Notes: generated by a model not told the origin, from the sequence alone. A DNA stretch of 64,000 bases from Escherichia coli (GCF_045037415.1 NZ_CP173438.1); one strand, 5' to 3'. Shown: positions 44,228 through 54,694, counted from the first letter of the stretch. Made by a program: numbers and translations.

Positions 44228-45181
44228 ATGTCTGATTACTTAAAAGGTAAACGTGTCGTTGATCCGGTACTGACCAGTATCGCCCGTGGCTATAAAAATG
44301 CCGCATTCATCGGCGAACGTATTTTCCCCGTCGTGCTGACGGACAAGGAAGGCGTGCGTGTACCGACCTTCGGGAAAACCGCCTTTGTGGAATATGACAC
44401 CGAGCGTGCCGTCGGGGCGGACAGCAATGTTCTGGTCCGTGAAAAAACAGGCACGCTGGACCTGGTGCTGGGTGAACACGATCTGGCTGCGCCGGTGGAC
44501 TATCGCGAGCAGGCGGAGTCCATGTTTAACGAAGAGAGCAAGGCCATCCGTCGCGCCACGAATGGCGTGAACCTGCGCCGTGAACTTATCGCTGCCCGTC
44601 TGGCTCAGGATGAAAAGGTCTACCGTACCGGGCACGTCAAAAAACTGACAGCCAGTGATCGCTGGGCCGGTGGTAAGGGGGACCCCATCGGGGTGATTGA
44701 AGCCGGTATGGAAGCGGTCCGTACGGCCACGGGGCTGCGTCCTAACCTGATGACCATGGGGGCCGGCGTGATGGCGCTGCTGAAGTTCCACCCGGCGATT
44801 CAGGCCGCCATCGGAGCCAACGAACGCAAGCGCATCACCACAGAAATCCTGCAGGACCTCTTTCAGATCGAAGAGATCGTCATCGGTGCCCCAGTCTCCC
44901 TGCCGTCCATGAAAGCGGCAATGGATAAGAACAGCGTGCCGGCGGATATCTGGGGAGACAATCTGATGCTGCACTATGTCGGCAAACCGCAGCCGGGGGC
45001 GGACAGCGCGGACGAGAACGAGCCGTCCTTCGGCTACACCCTGCGTCGTAAGGGGATGCCTGTTGCCGACAAATACGACGGAGCCGGTGGCAAGGTGAAG
45101 TACTGCCGTTATACCGATATCTACAAAGTCGCCGTGGTTGGTGGCGATGCCGGGTATCTCATTACCGGTATCAGTAAATAA
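44228..45181 (+). CDS. Major head subunit (Mu T-like)
   Basis: 317 aa; strong SD aaggagaga before ATG; position after protease/scaffold. Confidence 0.6.
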   Translation: MSDYLKGKRVVDPVLTSIARGYKNAAFIGERIFPVVLTDKEGVRVPTFGKTAFVEYDTERAVGADSNVLVREKTGTLDLVLGEHDLAAPVDYREQAESMFNEESKAIRRATNGVNLRRELIAARLAQDEKVYRTGHVKKLTASDRWAGGKGDPIGVIEAGMEAVRTATGLRPNLMTMGAGVMALLKFHPAIQAAIGANERKRITTEILQDLFQIEEIVIGAPVSLPSMKAAMDKNSVPADIWGDNLMLHYVGKPQPGADSADENEPSFGYTLRRKGMPVADKYDGAGGKVKYCRYTDIYKVAVVGGDAGYLITGISK

Positions 45182-45190
45182 GGAGGCGTT

Positions 45191-45529
45191 ATGGGAACCA
45201 CTCAGCAGGTCATTCTGATCACAACCGTAACGGCAGGGGCAGCACTGGCACAGCAGCGTTTTGTCGGGGCAGATAATACCCCCTGTAAAGCCGGTGCCGC
45301 AGCGCTCGGGGTTGCCGAAGTGGATGCTGTTACCGGCGACAGCACGCCGGTGAGCGTTCTGGGCATTATTGCTGTCGAGGCCGGGGCCGCTGTCAGCCGT
45401 GGTGTGGCTGTTCAGTCAGATGCTCAGGCCAGAGCCGTGCCGCAGTCCGGCGACGGTAAATCCTGTGGTATTGCACTTGATGAAGCCGGGGGTGAAGGCG
45501 ACGTCATTCGTATCCTGCGCGGGGTGTGA
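45191..45529 (+). CDS. Small head-associated protein (112 aa, Ala/Gly-rich)
   Basis: SD aaggagg; follows major capsid. Confidence 0.4.
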   Translation: MGTTQQVILITTVTAGAALAQQRFVGADNTPCKAGAAALGVAEVDAVTGDSTPVSVLGIIAVEAGAAVSRGVAVQSDAQARAVPQSGDGKSCGIALDEAGGEGDVIRILRGV

Positions 45530-45530
45530 C

Positions 45531-45977
45531 ATGTACTGCACCCTGGAGGATTTGCTTGCGCAGGTGCCGGAGCGGACGCTTATCGAGCTCACCAGTGAAG
45601 AGATGGACTTCGACTCACCTGCAACAGTGAATACCCGTGTGGTGGACAGCTGTATCCGCTATGCCGACGAGCTGATTGATGCCCATCTGCGCGGACGCTA
45701 TATCCTGCCACTGGCAGAGATACCGACTGTTCTGCGGGACATTGCCATCACGCTGGTCCGTTACCGGCTCTACGCCCGCCGCCCGGAAGGTGACCTCCCG
45801 GATACGGTGAAGGATGACCACAAAGAAGCGCTGCGGCAACTCAGGGAGTTACGTGATAACAGGCTCACGCTGGGGCTGCCGTCCACTCAGAAAGATGTGC
45901 CTGAGCCTGGCGAGTTTCGTGTACGCAGTCGCCCGGCCACTTTCGGCGGTCGTGACGGTTTACTGGAGAAATACTGA
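45531..45977 (+). CDS. Head completion/connector-like protein (Mu gp36-like)
   Basis: Within ORF 45369..45977; ATG at 45531 right after previous stop. Confidence 0.4.
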   Translation: MYCTLEDLLAQVPERTLIELTSEEMDFDSPATVNTRVVDSCIRYADELIDAHLRGRYILPLAEIPTVLRDIAITLVRYRLYARRPEGDLPDTVKDDHKEALRQLRELRDNRLTLGLPSTQKDVPEPGEFRVRSRPATFGGRDGLLEKY

Positions 45978-46441
45978 TGAACGTTCTGCCCGTCCTTGAT
46001 GCGGTACTGGCCCGGTTACGCGAGAAGCTGCCGCAACTGCAGGTGGAGTACTTCCCGGAGAAACCGGCTGAATATCGCCTGAACCATCCGGTTGGCGCGT
46101 TGCTGTTGAGCTATGCCGGTTCGCGCTTTGACAGGCCGGATGATACCGGTGCGGTGATCCAGTCTCAGACTATCCAGCTCTGCGTCACGGTGGTCTTCCG
46201 CCAGCTCAACGGTAAAAAAGGGGCGATTAATGTCCTGGATGCTGTCCGCCGCATTCTCGGTGGCCACACCCCGCCCGGCTGCCGCCGCCGTATCTGGCTG
46301 ACCCGCGAGGTGTTTATCGGTGAAGTCAGGGGGCTGTGGCAGTACGCCCTCGACTTCGCGACTGAAAGCGTCTTTATCGAAGACAGCGATTTACCGTCCG
46401 GCCCGCTGTTAACCGAAGTGAACTATGAGGAAAGCGAGTGA
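45977..46441 (+). CDS. Phage structural protein (Mu gp37-like)
   Basis: 154 aa; ATGA overlap with previous gene. Confidence 0.4.
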   Translation: MNVLPVLDAVLARLREKLPQLQVEYFPEKPAEYRLNHPVGALLLSYAGSRFDRPDDTGAVIQSQTIQLCVTVVFRQLNGKKGAINVLDAVRRILGGHTPPGCRRRIWLTREVFIGEVRGLWQYALDFATESVFIEDSDLPSGPLLTEVNYEESE

Positions 46442-46692
46442 TGAAAGAATACCGCTATTCCGGCCCGGCCAGCGGCGTCACGCTGTCGGACGGAACCGAA
46501 ATCCTGCTCTGGCCGGGGAAGACGGTTTCCCTGCCGGAGGAGCATGACTACGTGAAGGTACTGGTGGCGCTGAAACATCTGACGCCGGTACCTGAAGAGA
46601 CTAAACCCGCCGGCACACCGGCTGTGCAGTCACCAAAGCGCAGAAGCAGCAGTGACAGCGAAGTGAAAACGGAGGACACCCATGGCAGCTAA
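46438..46692 (+). CDS. Small structural protein (Mu gp38-like)
   Basis: 84 aa; overlaps neighbours by 4 and 11 nt. Confidence 0.35.
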   Translation: MMKEYRYSGPASGVTLSDGTEILLWPGKTVSLPEEHDYVKVLVALKHLTPVPEETKPAGTPAVQSPKRRSSSDSEVKTEDTHGS

Positions 46693-48109
46693 CTATCTGC
46701 ATGGTCCCGAAACCATTGAGGTGGAAAACGGTGCCCGCCCGGTTAAAACGGTGAAATCTGCCGTTATTGGCCTGATTGGTACCGCCCCGATGGGGGATGT
46801 CAATACGCTGGTACAGTGCCTGTCTGAGAAAGACGCAGCGGCATTTGGCAGCCAGTTCACCGGCTTTACCATTCCGCAGGCGCTGGATGCGATTTATGAC
46901 CATGGTGCAGGCACCGTTCTGGTCATTAACGTCCTCGACCCGGCGAAACATAAAACGGCGATCGAGGATGAGGTGGTTACCTTTGACAAATCGACAGGGC
47001 AGGCCAGACTGGCGCATCCGGTTGTCGCTAATGTGGTGGTGAAAAACAGTGAAGGCAGCACCACCCACACGGCGAACACGGACTACCGTGTTGATGCGCA
47101 GGCGGGTGTGCTCACGAACCTGGGCAAGGCTATTGAGGCCGGTGGCAGCGTGAAGGTGAGCTATGAGTACGCGGACCCGTCGAAGGTGACTGCGGCGGAC
47201 ATCATCGGCGGGGTGAACAGCGCCGGAAACCGAACCGGCATGAAGCTGCTTAACGACAGCTTCAACCTGTACGGCTATTTCGCCAAAATTCTGATTGCGC
47301 CGGTGTTCTGCACCCAGAAGAGTGTCGCAGTTGAGCTTATCGCCATGGCAGAGAAGCTGGGCGCGGTAACCTACATTGATGCGCCTGTCGGTACCACCTT
47401 TGCACAGGCTCTGGCAGGTCGTGGCCCGGAAGGCACCATCAACTTCAATACCAGCTCCGACCGCGTCCGTCTGTGCTATCCGCATGTGAAGGTATATGAC
47501 CCGGTGACAAACACAGAGCGTCTGGAGCCGCTCAGCCAGCGTGCAGCAGGTCTGCGTGCCAGAGTCGATCTGGACAAGGGCTACTGGTGGTCATCCTCCA
47601 ATCAGGAGATTCTGGGGATCACCGGCGTGGAGCGCCAGCTGTCCGCGATGATTGATGACCCGCAGAGTGAGGTGAACCTGCTTAACGAACAGGGGATCAC
47701 CACGGTATTCAGCAGTTACGGCAGCGGCCTTCGTCTGTGGGGTAACCGGACGGCAGCATGGCCAACGGTCACCCATATGCGTAACTTTGAGAACGTTCGC
47801 CGCACCGGTGATGTGATCAACGAGTCCATTCGTTATTTCAGCCAGCAGTACATCGACATGCCGATTACTCAGGCGCTGATTGATGCACTGACGGAGTCGG
47901 TCAACGCCTACGGTCGCAAAATGACTGGTGATGGTGCGGTACTGGGCTTCCGTTGCTGGTTTGATCCGGCCCGCAATCCGGAGACGGAGCTGGCCGCCGG
48001 GCACCTGTTGCTGAGCTACAAATATACGCCACCACCGCCGCTGGAGCGACTGACGTTTGAGACTGAGATCACCTCGGAATACCTGTTAACCCTGAAAGGG
48101 GGCAACTGA
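46682..48109 (+). CDS. Tail sheath protein
   Basis: 475 aa; followed by tube gene; contractile-tail module order. Confidence 0.7.
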   Translation: MAANYLHGPETIEVENGARPVKTVKSAVIGLIGTAPMGDVNTLVQCLSEKDAAAFGSQFTGFTIPQALDAIYDHGAGTVLVINVLDPAKHKTAIEDEVVTFDKSTGQARLAHPVVANVVVKNSEGSTTHTANTDYRVDAQAGVLTNLGKAIEAGGSVKVSYEYADPSKVTAADIIGGVNSAGNRTGMKLLNDSFNLYGYFAKILIAPVFCTQKSVAVELIAMAEKLGAVTYIDAPVGTTFAQALAGRGPEGTINFNTSSDRVRLCYPHVKVYDPVTNTERLEPLSQRAAGLRARVDLDKGYWWSSSNQEILGITGVERQLSAMIDDPQSEVNLLNEQGITTVFSSYGSGLRLWGNRTAAWPTVTHMRNFENVRRTGDVINESIRYFSQQYIDMPITQALIDALTESVNAYGRKMTGDGAVLGFRCWFDPARNPETELAAGHLLLSYKYTPPPPLERLTFETEITSEYLLTLKGGN

Positions 48110-48630
48110 TGTCAAAGATTGAGATAAACCGCATCACGAATGCCAACATCTATCTGGATGGTACTAACCTGCTGGGACGGGCTGAGGAAGTTAAACTCCC
48201 CGATGTCTCCATGATTATGCAGGAACACAAGGCGCTGGGGATGGTGGGTAAGGTGGAACTCCCGGCTGGTTTTGACAAACTGGAAGGCGAAATCAAATGG
48301 AACAGCTTTTACCGCGATGCGATGCTGTCTGCCGCGAACCCGTACAGGTCGCTGGCACTGCAGTGTCGTTCCAGCGTCCAGCGCTACAGCTCGCAGGGGC
48401 TGATTGACGAAATCCCGCTGGTCACCTTCCTGACGATTATGTTCAAGAAGAACCCGCTGGGGACGTTCAAACAGCACGAGAACGCCGAGTTCTCCAGTAG
48501 CTTCACCTGCACGTATATCAGACAGGTACTGGATGGTGAAGAGCTGCTGCAACTGGACTATCTGGCCAACATCTTCCGGGTCGGCGGTGTTGATCAACTG
48601 ACTGACTACCGTATCAATATCGGGGGCTGA
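48109..48630 (+). CDS. Tail tube protein
   Basis: 173 aa; ATGA overlap with sheath stop. Confidence 0.6.
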   Translation: MSKIEINRITNANIYLDGTNLLGRAEEVKLPDVSMIMQEHKALGMVGKVELPAGFDKLEGEIKWNSFYRDAMLSAANPYRSLALQCRSSVQRYSSQGLIDEIPLVTFLTIMFKKNPLGTFKQHENAEFSSSFTCTYIRQVLDGEELLQLDYLANIFRVGGVDQLTDYRINIGG

Positions 48631-48632
48631 CG

Positions 48633-48914
48633 GTGAGTGTTGAACTGACGGATAAAGGAGGACGATGTGCGGCACTGGGCATGTCAAATGGTACGTGGTT
48701 TACCCTCCTTGATATTCCGGGGGTGGAAACCCTTTTTAATACCCGTAAAACCAATGACCCGATTGACTGCACACGTTCAAAGGCCCGCAAACTGGCGGAT
48801 TTGATTGAAGCATGGGAGCCTCCCGACCACTGGTTCTCCGGCATCGGCAAATCTGAGGGAAAGACGCTTCTCATCGCTTTCCTGCGTAACTGCAAGGGGT
48901 TTCGCACTTGCTGA
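48633..48914 (+). CDS. Hypothetical small protein between tube and chaperone
   Basis: ORF only; possible internal ATG start after SD aaggagga. Confidence 0.3.
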   Translation: MSVELTDKGGRCAALGMSNGTWFTLLDIPGVETLFNTRKTNDPIDCTRSKARKLADLIEAWEPPDHWFSGIGKSEGKTLLIAFLRNCKGFRTC

Positions 48915-49011
48915 CATCACAGGGGCTCCGGCCCCTTCTTCTTAATCTCCTTTAATATCCGTCACGCGCTTCTCCCGACATACTGCCCTGAACTTACACA
49001 GGAGCACAATC

Positions 49012-49347
49012 ATGTCACAGACCCCATCCGATACTTTTAAATTGTCTTATCCCTTCACCACTGCTGCAGGCACCAGAATTGAGCTGGTTGAACTGAAACG
49101 CCTGACGGTAAAAGACCTGAAGCAGGTGCGCAAAATCAGCAAAAACCCGGCAGACTGGGACGAACCGCTGATTGCCCGCAGTACTGGTCTTCTCCCGGAG
49201 GATCTCGACAATATGGATCTGGCTGATTACCTGCAGTTACAGAAACGATTTCAGCTCATCACGGGGATGGGTGAGAGCAACCAGGGCGCTGACGCAGGCG
49301 CAGGGGCTGCTGGCGAGATGGTTCCGGTTTCAGCCGGGGGAGATTGA
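49012..49347 (+). CDS. Tail assembly chaperone (putative)
   Basis: 111 aa; immediately upstream of tape measure; overlapping second-frame ORF 49172..49429 with acidic C-terminus. Confidence 0.45.
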   Translation: MSQTPSDTFKLSYPFTTAAGTRIELVELKRLTVKDLKQVRKISKNPADWDEPLIARSTGLLPEDLDNMDLADYLQLQKRFQLITGMGESNQGADAGAGAAGEMVPVSAGGD

Positions 49348-49504
49348 TGCCCTCGATACTGACGATCTGGAGATGTGGCTGGAGCAGGCTGAAGAGCAAA
49401 TCAAAAGCGAGTACGGCGACAAATCATAGTACAGACAGCCGCCAGTAGCGGCTGTTCTGCGTTATCCCCTCACGTCTTTTCACCTTCCCCGGAGGTTAAC
49501 CACT

Positions 49505-52456
49505 ATGTCGGGACAGTTTTCAGTCGGCGTTGTTATCGGCGGGATGATTGGCAGCACATTCCGTTCTGCAATGAGCGGTACCCGCCGTGCGCTTGATTCC
49601 CTGAGCGATACCTCACGCCGCCTGCAGGAACGTCAGAACGCTTTAACCCGTGCAACAGAACGTTATGGTCAACTGGGTTCTTCCCGGATGCAGCATCTCA
49701 ACAGCGAGCTGCTGCGGGTAAGCCGCACCATGGAGCAAATTGAGCGCCAGCAGCGCCGTCTGTCAGCGGCATCCGCTACCAGTGATGCGCTGAAAGCTAA
49801 CCGCATGGCGCTGTATGGTCAGGGGATTGAAGCGTATGGCATGGCACAGACTGTTTATCATACGGTTTCCCCTGCCGTTCAGCAGTCCATGTCTTTTCAG
49901 GACAAAATGATTGATATGTCGATCACCGCAAAATATGACAATAAAACGCGGGATGCACTTGCCGGACAGATAAAAGGCTGGGCGCTTAAATACAATCAGT
50001 ATCAGGATGAGCTGCAGGAGGCGATGGGTTCACTCATCAGCGACAATATTGATAATGTGTCAGATATCGGTTTTCTGATGCCGGATATTGCCCGCGCGGC
50101 AACGGCAACACGCACGTCTGCTCAGGACTGGGCAAAAGTGGCCGCAGTCTGGCAAAACTCCCTGAAAGGCGCGGCCAGAGATTTTGGTGCCGTTCAGAAT
50201 ATTATGGCTTATGCCGGTGACCAGGGGTCATTTGAAATCCCGGATCAGGTCAAGTGGATGCAGTCCCTGGCCCCAATGATGGCGGGTATTGCCAGTGGAA
50301 AAGAGGCTGTTGCTGAAATCGGGGCCAGTCTCCAGATAGCAAAAATCGGTGCAGGTTCCACCGACGAAGCAGCCAATAATTTTAAAAACTTTCTTACCAA
50401 AATTTTTGCCCGCGATACTCAGAAACAGTTTGCTGATCTGGGTATTGATTTGCAGGGATCTATTGCGAGTTATAAAGCTGCGGGGATCTCTCCGATTGAA
50501 GGGATGTTGAGTGTTATAGAACGTTACCTCAATGCCAAAAGCCCCGAAGCGCTGGCCGGCTTCAAATCAGCCATGAAAATAAAGAATGATACGGCAAGAG
50601 ATGAGGCACTTCAGGCTCTGGCGAAAAACTTTGGTCTGGGCGATATGTTCGCGGATATGCAGGTCATGGCATTTATCCGCCCGATGCTGGCCAACATGGA
50701 CAGATATCGAGAGATCCGTGCCGGTGCTCTCAGGGCTGCGGATAACGATTTGCTTGCCAGTGCTTATGATCAGCGGCTGAAATCTCCCCTTGAAGCCACT
50801 AAAACACTTATGGTCAGCAGTCGCGATCTGGCAATTACGCTGGGCGATCAATTAGCTCCATCTTTTATTTCTCTGACTCAGGACTTGCTCCCACTCATTC
50901 AGGGGACAAAACACTGGGTGGCGACTCACCCGCAATTTGTCAGTGGGGCTTTTAAGCTCATCAGTGCGCTCCTTGCGATTAAGATAGCGACTGTTGGTCT
51001 CAAACTGGGGCTGAATCTCCTTATTTCCCCCTTTGTGAACGTCTGGAAAACTGCTGTTTTACTCCGGACCAACTGGCATCGACTGACTACCGCACTCGGA
51101 GAAGGTGGCAAATTACGCTGGCTTGTCACTGGATTCAGCCGACTGACCAGCGGAGGACTGAAACTCAGCAAAGTTCTGGCGGGCAGCCTCGTTCGCGGTT
51201 TTATGAGCGCTGCACGTGCCGTTCTCTGGATTGGGCGAGCGCTGATGATGAATCCCATCGGTCTCGTTATCACCGCTGTCGCGGCAGCAGCTTACCTTAT
51301 CTACCGCAACTGGGGGGCAGTCAGTGGCTGGTTTAAACAGCGCTGGGCTGACATTCAGGAAGCCTTTAACGGCGGTATCGCGGGAACTGGTAAGCTGCTG
51401 ATTAACTGGTCGCCGGCAGGCCTGCTCTATAAAGCCTTTGCGGCTGCGCTGAAATATTTCGGCGTTACTCTGCCGGCAAAGTTCACCGACTTCGGTGGCC
51501 ATCTTATCGACGGTTTGATTAACGGTATCAAAAACAAATGGGGGTCGCTCAAATCCAGTGTAACCGGAATGGGTGACAGCATCAGTAGCTGGTTTAAACA
51601 ATGCTGGGCTGACATTCAGGAAGCCTTTAACGGCGGTATCGCGGGAACTGGTAAGCTGCTGATTAACTGGTCGCCGGCAGGTCTGCTCTATAAAGCCTTT
51701 GCAGCTGCGCTGAAATATCTTGGTGTTGATCTGCCGGCAAAGTTTACCGACTTCGGTGGCCATCTTGTCGATGGTCTGATTAACGGTATCAAAAACAAAT
51801 GGGAGTCGCTCAAATCCAGTGTAACCGGAATGGGCGACAGCATCAGTGGCTGGTTCAGCGAAAAGCTGGGCATTCATTCGCCGAGCCGCGTGTTTATGGG
51901 CTTTGGTGACAATATCGCGCAGGGGGCCGCCATTGGCCTGCAGCGGACCACTCCGCTTGCAGCTCTGGCCGGGCAGCGAATGGCCAGTGAACTGCTCCCC
52001 AGAATGCCCGTGAGCATTCAGGGGCCAGAAATACGGGATAACACTTCAGGTGTTCGCTTCAGTATGCCGTTGCCCGATATCAATGGGTTTATGTCGTCTG
52101 CTAAAAATGCGATCGGAGCCGTAATCAATAGTTTGTCTTCCATGCCCGCTATTCCGCTCTCCACCCGGGCATCGATTTTACCAGGGCAACGTCTGGCAAA
52201 TGAGATGACACCGGATGTTCCCCGTATCCCCTCGCCTGAAATCCTGGCTGCCGGATATTCAGGCCGTGGTGCAGCTGCAACCGGCGGTGGAACGTCTGGT
52301 GGTATCCAGGTCAGCTTTAATCCTCAGTTTTTCCTCAATGGCAGGGAAACCACAGCGCCTGCAGGACTGACTGGTGCCCTGAATATGAGTCTGCATGAGC
52401 TGGAAAAAATGCTGGAGCGTCTGCTGGCTCAGAAACAACGTAAGGAGTACCGCTGA
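49505..52456 (+). CDS. Tail tape measure protein
   Basis: 983 aa; largely helical, internal repeats; located between chaperone and baseplate genes. Confidence 0.8.
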   Translation: MSGQFSVGVVIGGMIGSTFRSAMSGTRRALDSLSDTSRRLQERQNALTRATERYGQLGSSRMQHLNSELLRVSRTMEQIERQQRRLSAASATSDALKANRMALYGQGIEAYGMAQTVYHTVSPAVQQSMSFQDKMIDMSITAKYDNKTRDALAGQIKGWALKYNQYQDELQEAMGSLISDNIDNVSDIGFLMPDIARAATATRTSAQDWAKVAAVWQNSLKGAARDFGAVQNIMAYAGDQGSFEIPDQVKWMQSLAPMMAGIASGKEAVAEIGASLQIAKIGAGSTDEAANNFKNFLTKIFARDTQKQFADLGIDLQGSIASYKAAGISPIEGMLSVIERYLNAKSPEALAGFKSAMKIKNDTARDEALQALAKNFGLGDMFADMQVMAFIRPMLANMDRYREIRAGALRAADNDLLASAYDQRLKSPLEATKTLMVSSRDLAITLGDQLAPSFISLTQDLLPLIQGTKHWVATHPQFVSGAFKLISALLAIKIATVGLKLGLNLLISPFVNVWKTAVLLRTNWHRLTTALGEGGKLRWLVTGFSRLTSGGLKLSKVLAGSLVRGFMSAARAVLWIGRALMMNPIGLVITAVAAAAYLIYRNWGAVSGWFKQRWADIQEAFNGGIAGTGKLLINWSPAGLLYKAFAAALKYFGVTLPAKFTDFGGHLIDGLINGIKNKWGSLKSSVTGMGDSISSWFKQCWADIQEAFNGGIAGTGKLLINWSPAGLLYKAFAAALKYLGVDLPAKFTDFGGHLVDGLINGIKNKWESLKSSVTGMGDSISGWFSEKLGIHSPSRVFMGFGDNIAQGAAIGLQRTTPLAALAGQRMASELLPRMPVSIQGPEIRDNTSGVRFSMPLPDINGFMSSAKNAIGAVINSLSSMPAIPLSTRASILPGQRLANEMTPDVPRIPSPEILAAGYSGRGAAATGGGTSGGIQVSFNPQFFLNGRETTAPAGLTGALNMSLHELEKMLERLLAQKQRKEYR
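51328..51849 (+). repeat. Near-perfect tandem duplication (2 x 261 bp) inside tape measure gene
   Basis: Unit starting ctggtttaaacagcgctgggctgacattcaggaagcc at 51328 recurs at 51589; encodes SWFKQxWADIQEAFNGGIAGTGKLLINWSPAGLLYKAFAAALKY... twice. Confidence 0.85.
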
Positions 52457-53340
52457 TGTTTGCCGTACTGGGTGATATTGAGTTTGAGCTGATTACCTAC
52501 TGGGACGGCTTCGAGGCCACGTTCGGCGTCGATTATGCGGAGCATGCCCGCATCGGGGGTAAGCCTGGTCTGCAGTTCGTCGGCGACAGGCTGGACGAAA
52601 TCCAGATAACTCTGGTTTTCCATCAGCATTATTGTGTACCCGATGTGGAGCTGGCGAGACTGCGAACAGCCATGAAAGCCCATCAGGCACTGGCGCTGGT
52701 CTTCGGCAACGGTGACTATCGCGGCTGGTTCGTGATCACCGATGTGACTGCAACCAGCGAGCAGACTGACAGTACCGGCAACGTGCTGGCTGTCAGTGCC
52801 ACCGTGTCTCTCCGGGAATACACCGGTGACCCGAAAAATCCTCTGCAACCACCGGCAATACGCACGAAGCTCCCGGGTGTCGGGGCGGTCTCCGGTGCCA
52901 TACCTTCACCTTCAGGGGTGGCGCAGTTCATCCGCAACGGCGTCAACTATGCGAAACAGGCGCAGTCTGTACTCCAGACCACTATCAGCGCCGTTCGGGT
53001 GACACAGAAAATGAAGGATAACCCCGTTGTCGCACTGACCCGTGTGCCGGGGCTGATGAGCGGACTGGGTAATATCTCCGGGGCTCTGGGGAAAAGTGTT
53101 CCGGCGTTTAACGCACTCTCTGAATCCATGCCCGATGCCATCAGTCTGGCCAGAACAGCCAGCGAAGCAGCCACGTATGTACAGCAGGCACAGTCTGCGC
53201 TGAGTGGTGTGGACAAAAGAAATATTGCAGGTGCTCTGGATACCGTTTCCGGGCAGCTTAACGCCGTCGGCACAGCATTCAACCGCATGTCTCCGGGATT
53301 AAGTGCAATGGCCGCCAGAATACTGACGAGGAGTGTGTGA
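52456..53340 (+). CDS. Tail/baseplate protein following tape measure (Mu N-like position)
   Basis: 294 aa; ATGA overlap with TMP stop. Confidence 0.4.
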   Translation: MFAVLGDIEFELITYWDGFEATFGVDYAEHARIGGKPGLQFVGDRLDEIQITLVFHQHYCVPDVELARLRTAMKAHQALALVFGNGDYRGWFVITDVTATSEQTDSTGNVLAVSATVSLREYTGDPKNPLQPPAIRTKLPGVGAVSGAIPSPSGVAQFIRNGVNYAKQAQSVLQTTISAVRVTQKMKDNPVVALTRVPGLMSGLGNISGALGKSVPAFNALSESMPDAISLARTASEAATYVQQAQSALSGVDKRNIAGALDTVSGQLNAVGTAFNRMSPGLSAMAARILTRSV

Positions 53341-53552
53341 TGTTTCTTGAACATGTTACCCGTGACGGAGAGCGCTGGGATTCGCTGGCATGGCAGTACT
53401 ACGGTGACCCGCTGGGCTATCCCCGGATTATTGCCGCCAATCCGCACGTGGCCATCACGCCGGTGCTGCCCTCCGGGCTGTTGTTACTGATCCCGGTGAT
53501 TGAGGCTGAAGAAGCCCGTACAGAAGAGGATATTGCCCCATGGCTGAGATAA
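53337..53552 (+). CDS. Tail protein X-like small protein
   Basis: 71 aa; size and position match gpX-like proteins upstream of hub gene. Confidence 0.4.
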   Translation: MMFLEHVTRDGERWDSLAWQYYGDPLGYPRIIAANPHVAITPVLPSGLLLLIPVIEAEEARTEEDIAPWLR

Positions 53553-54694
53553 ACAGCACTGCGCAAGTCACATCAGCGTTAACCGGCGTCAGCGATGTGC
53601 TGACACCGGTGTTCACTCTGTGGTATCTGCAGAAAAACATCACCTCTGATATCGCGCCTTATGTCACCCGTGTGACCTGGAGCGATAACATCAAAAATGA
53701 GTCCGATACCATTGAGGTGGAGCTGGACGACACCGATGGCCGCTGGCTGGATAAATGGTATCCGGGCAAGGGTGACACGCTGACGCTGAAAATGGGCTAT
53801 CAGGGCGAGAAGCTGCTGTCCTGCGGTACGTTCTCTATAGACGAGATCGAAGTGAGTTCGCCCGCTTCCGTTGTTTCTATCCGTGGGGTGGCCACCTCGG
53901 TTAACAGTGCCCTGCGGACTAAAACCAGTCGTGGTTTTGAGAACACCACGCTGGCAGCTGTTGCGGGGCGGATTGCCAGAAAGCACCGGCTGAAACTGGT
54001 GGGCAGCATTGAGTCCATCAGAATCGACCGGGTGACCCAGTATGCTGAAACCGACGTGGGTTTTCTGCGCCGGCTGGCCAGCGAGTATGGTTATGCAGTG
54101 AAAGTGGTCAGTGACCAGCTGATTTTTTCTCATCTGGCCACACTGCGCAGTCAGGAGCCGGTCAGGCAGTTAAAACCGCAGGATGTGGCCCGCTTTTCCC
54201 TGCGTGACACCATCAACCGGGTCTATAAATCTGCAAAGGTAAAACACCAGAAAAGCAGCAGTAAAAAACTGATCGTCTACGAAGCTGATGGTGGTACCCG
54301 TGAAAGCGACAAAAAGCTCAAAGGTGGTAAGGTTACCAGCGCTGACTCACTTAAAGTTAACAGCCGCGTCAGCGACCCGGACAGTGCCCGGATTAAAGCG
54401 GATTCAGCACTGGCCAGACATAACGAATACCAGCAGAACGGCTCCCTGACGCTGACGGGAACACCTCAACTGACAGCAGGCAACAAAATTGAACTGGTGA
54501 GTTTTGGGCAGTTATCCGGGCCATGGCTCATAACCACTGCCCGCCATGCGTTTGACCGTAACAGCGGCTACACCACAGAGCTGGAAGTGGCACGGGGGCC
54601 AGTCACAAGAGGGAAAAAACAAAAAACTCAGAAACTCACGGTTTATCACCCGGATGGCAGTACATCGACGGTGATTAAGGAGAAGAAAAAATGA
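53540..54694 (+). CDS. Baseplate hub protein (Mu P / P2 gpD-like)
   Basis: 384 aa; position and size. Confidence 0.55.
   Translation: MAEINSTAQVTSALTGVSDVLTPVFTLWYLQKNITSDIAPYVTRVTWSDNIKNESDTIEVELDDTDGRWLDKWYPGKGDTLTLKMGYQGEKLLSCGTFSIDEIEVSSPASVVSIRGVATSVNSALRTKTSRGFENTTLAAVAGRIARKHRLKLVGSIESIRIDRVTQYAETDVGFLRRLASEYGYAVKVVSDQLIFSHLATLRSQEPVRQLKPQDVARFSLRDTINRVYKSAKVKHQKSSSKKLIVYEADGGTRESDKKLKGGKVTSADSLKVNSRVSDPDSARIKADSALARHNEYQQNGSLTLTGTPQLTAGNKIELVSFGQLSGPWLITTARHAFDRNSGYTTELEVARGPVTRGKKQKTQKLTVYHPDGSTSTVIKEKKK

Noticed and set aside
48614-48907. 97-aa minus-strand ORF between tail tube and chaperone genes
   Set aside because: Antisense to the late operon and overlapping a plus-strand ORF; no supporting signals.
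51427-51873. Two near-identical minus-strand ORFs (51427..51615 and 51688..51873)
   Set aside because: Artefacts of the 261-bp tandem duplication within the tape measure gene read on the opposite strand.
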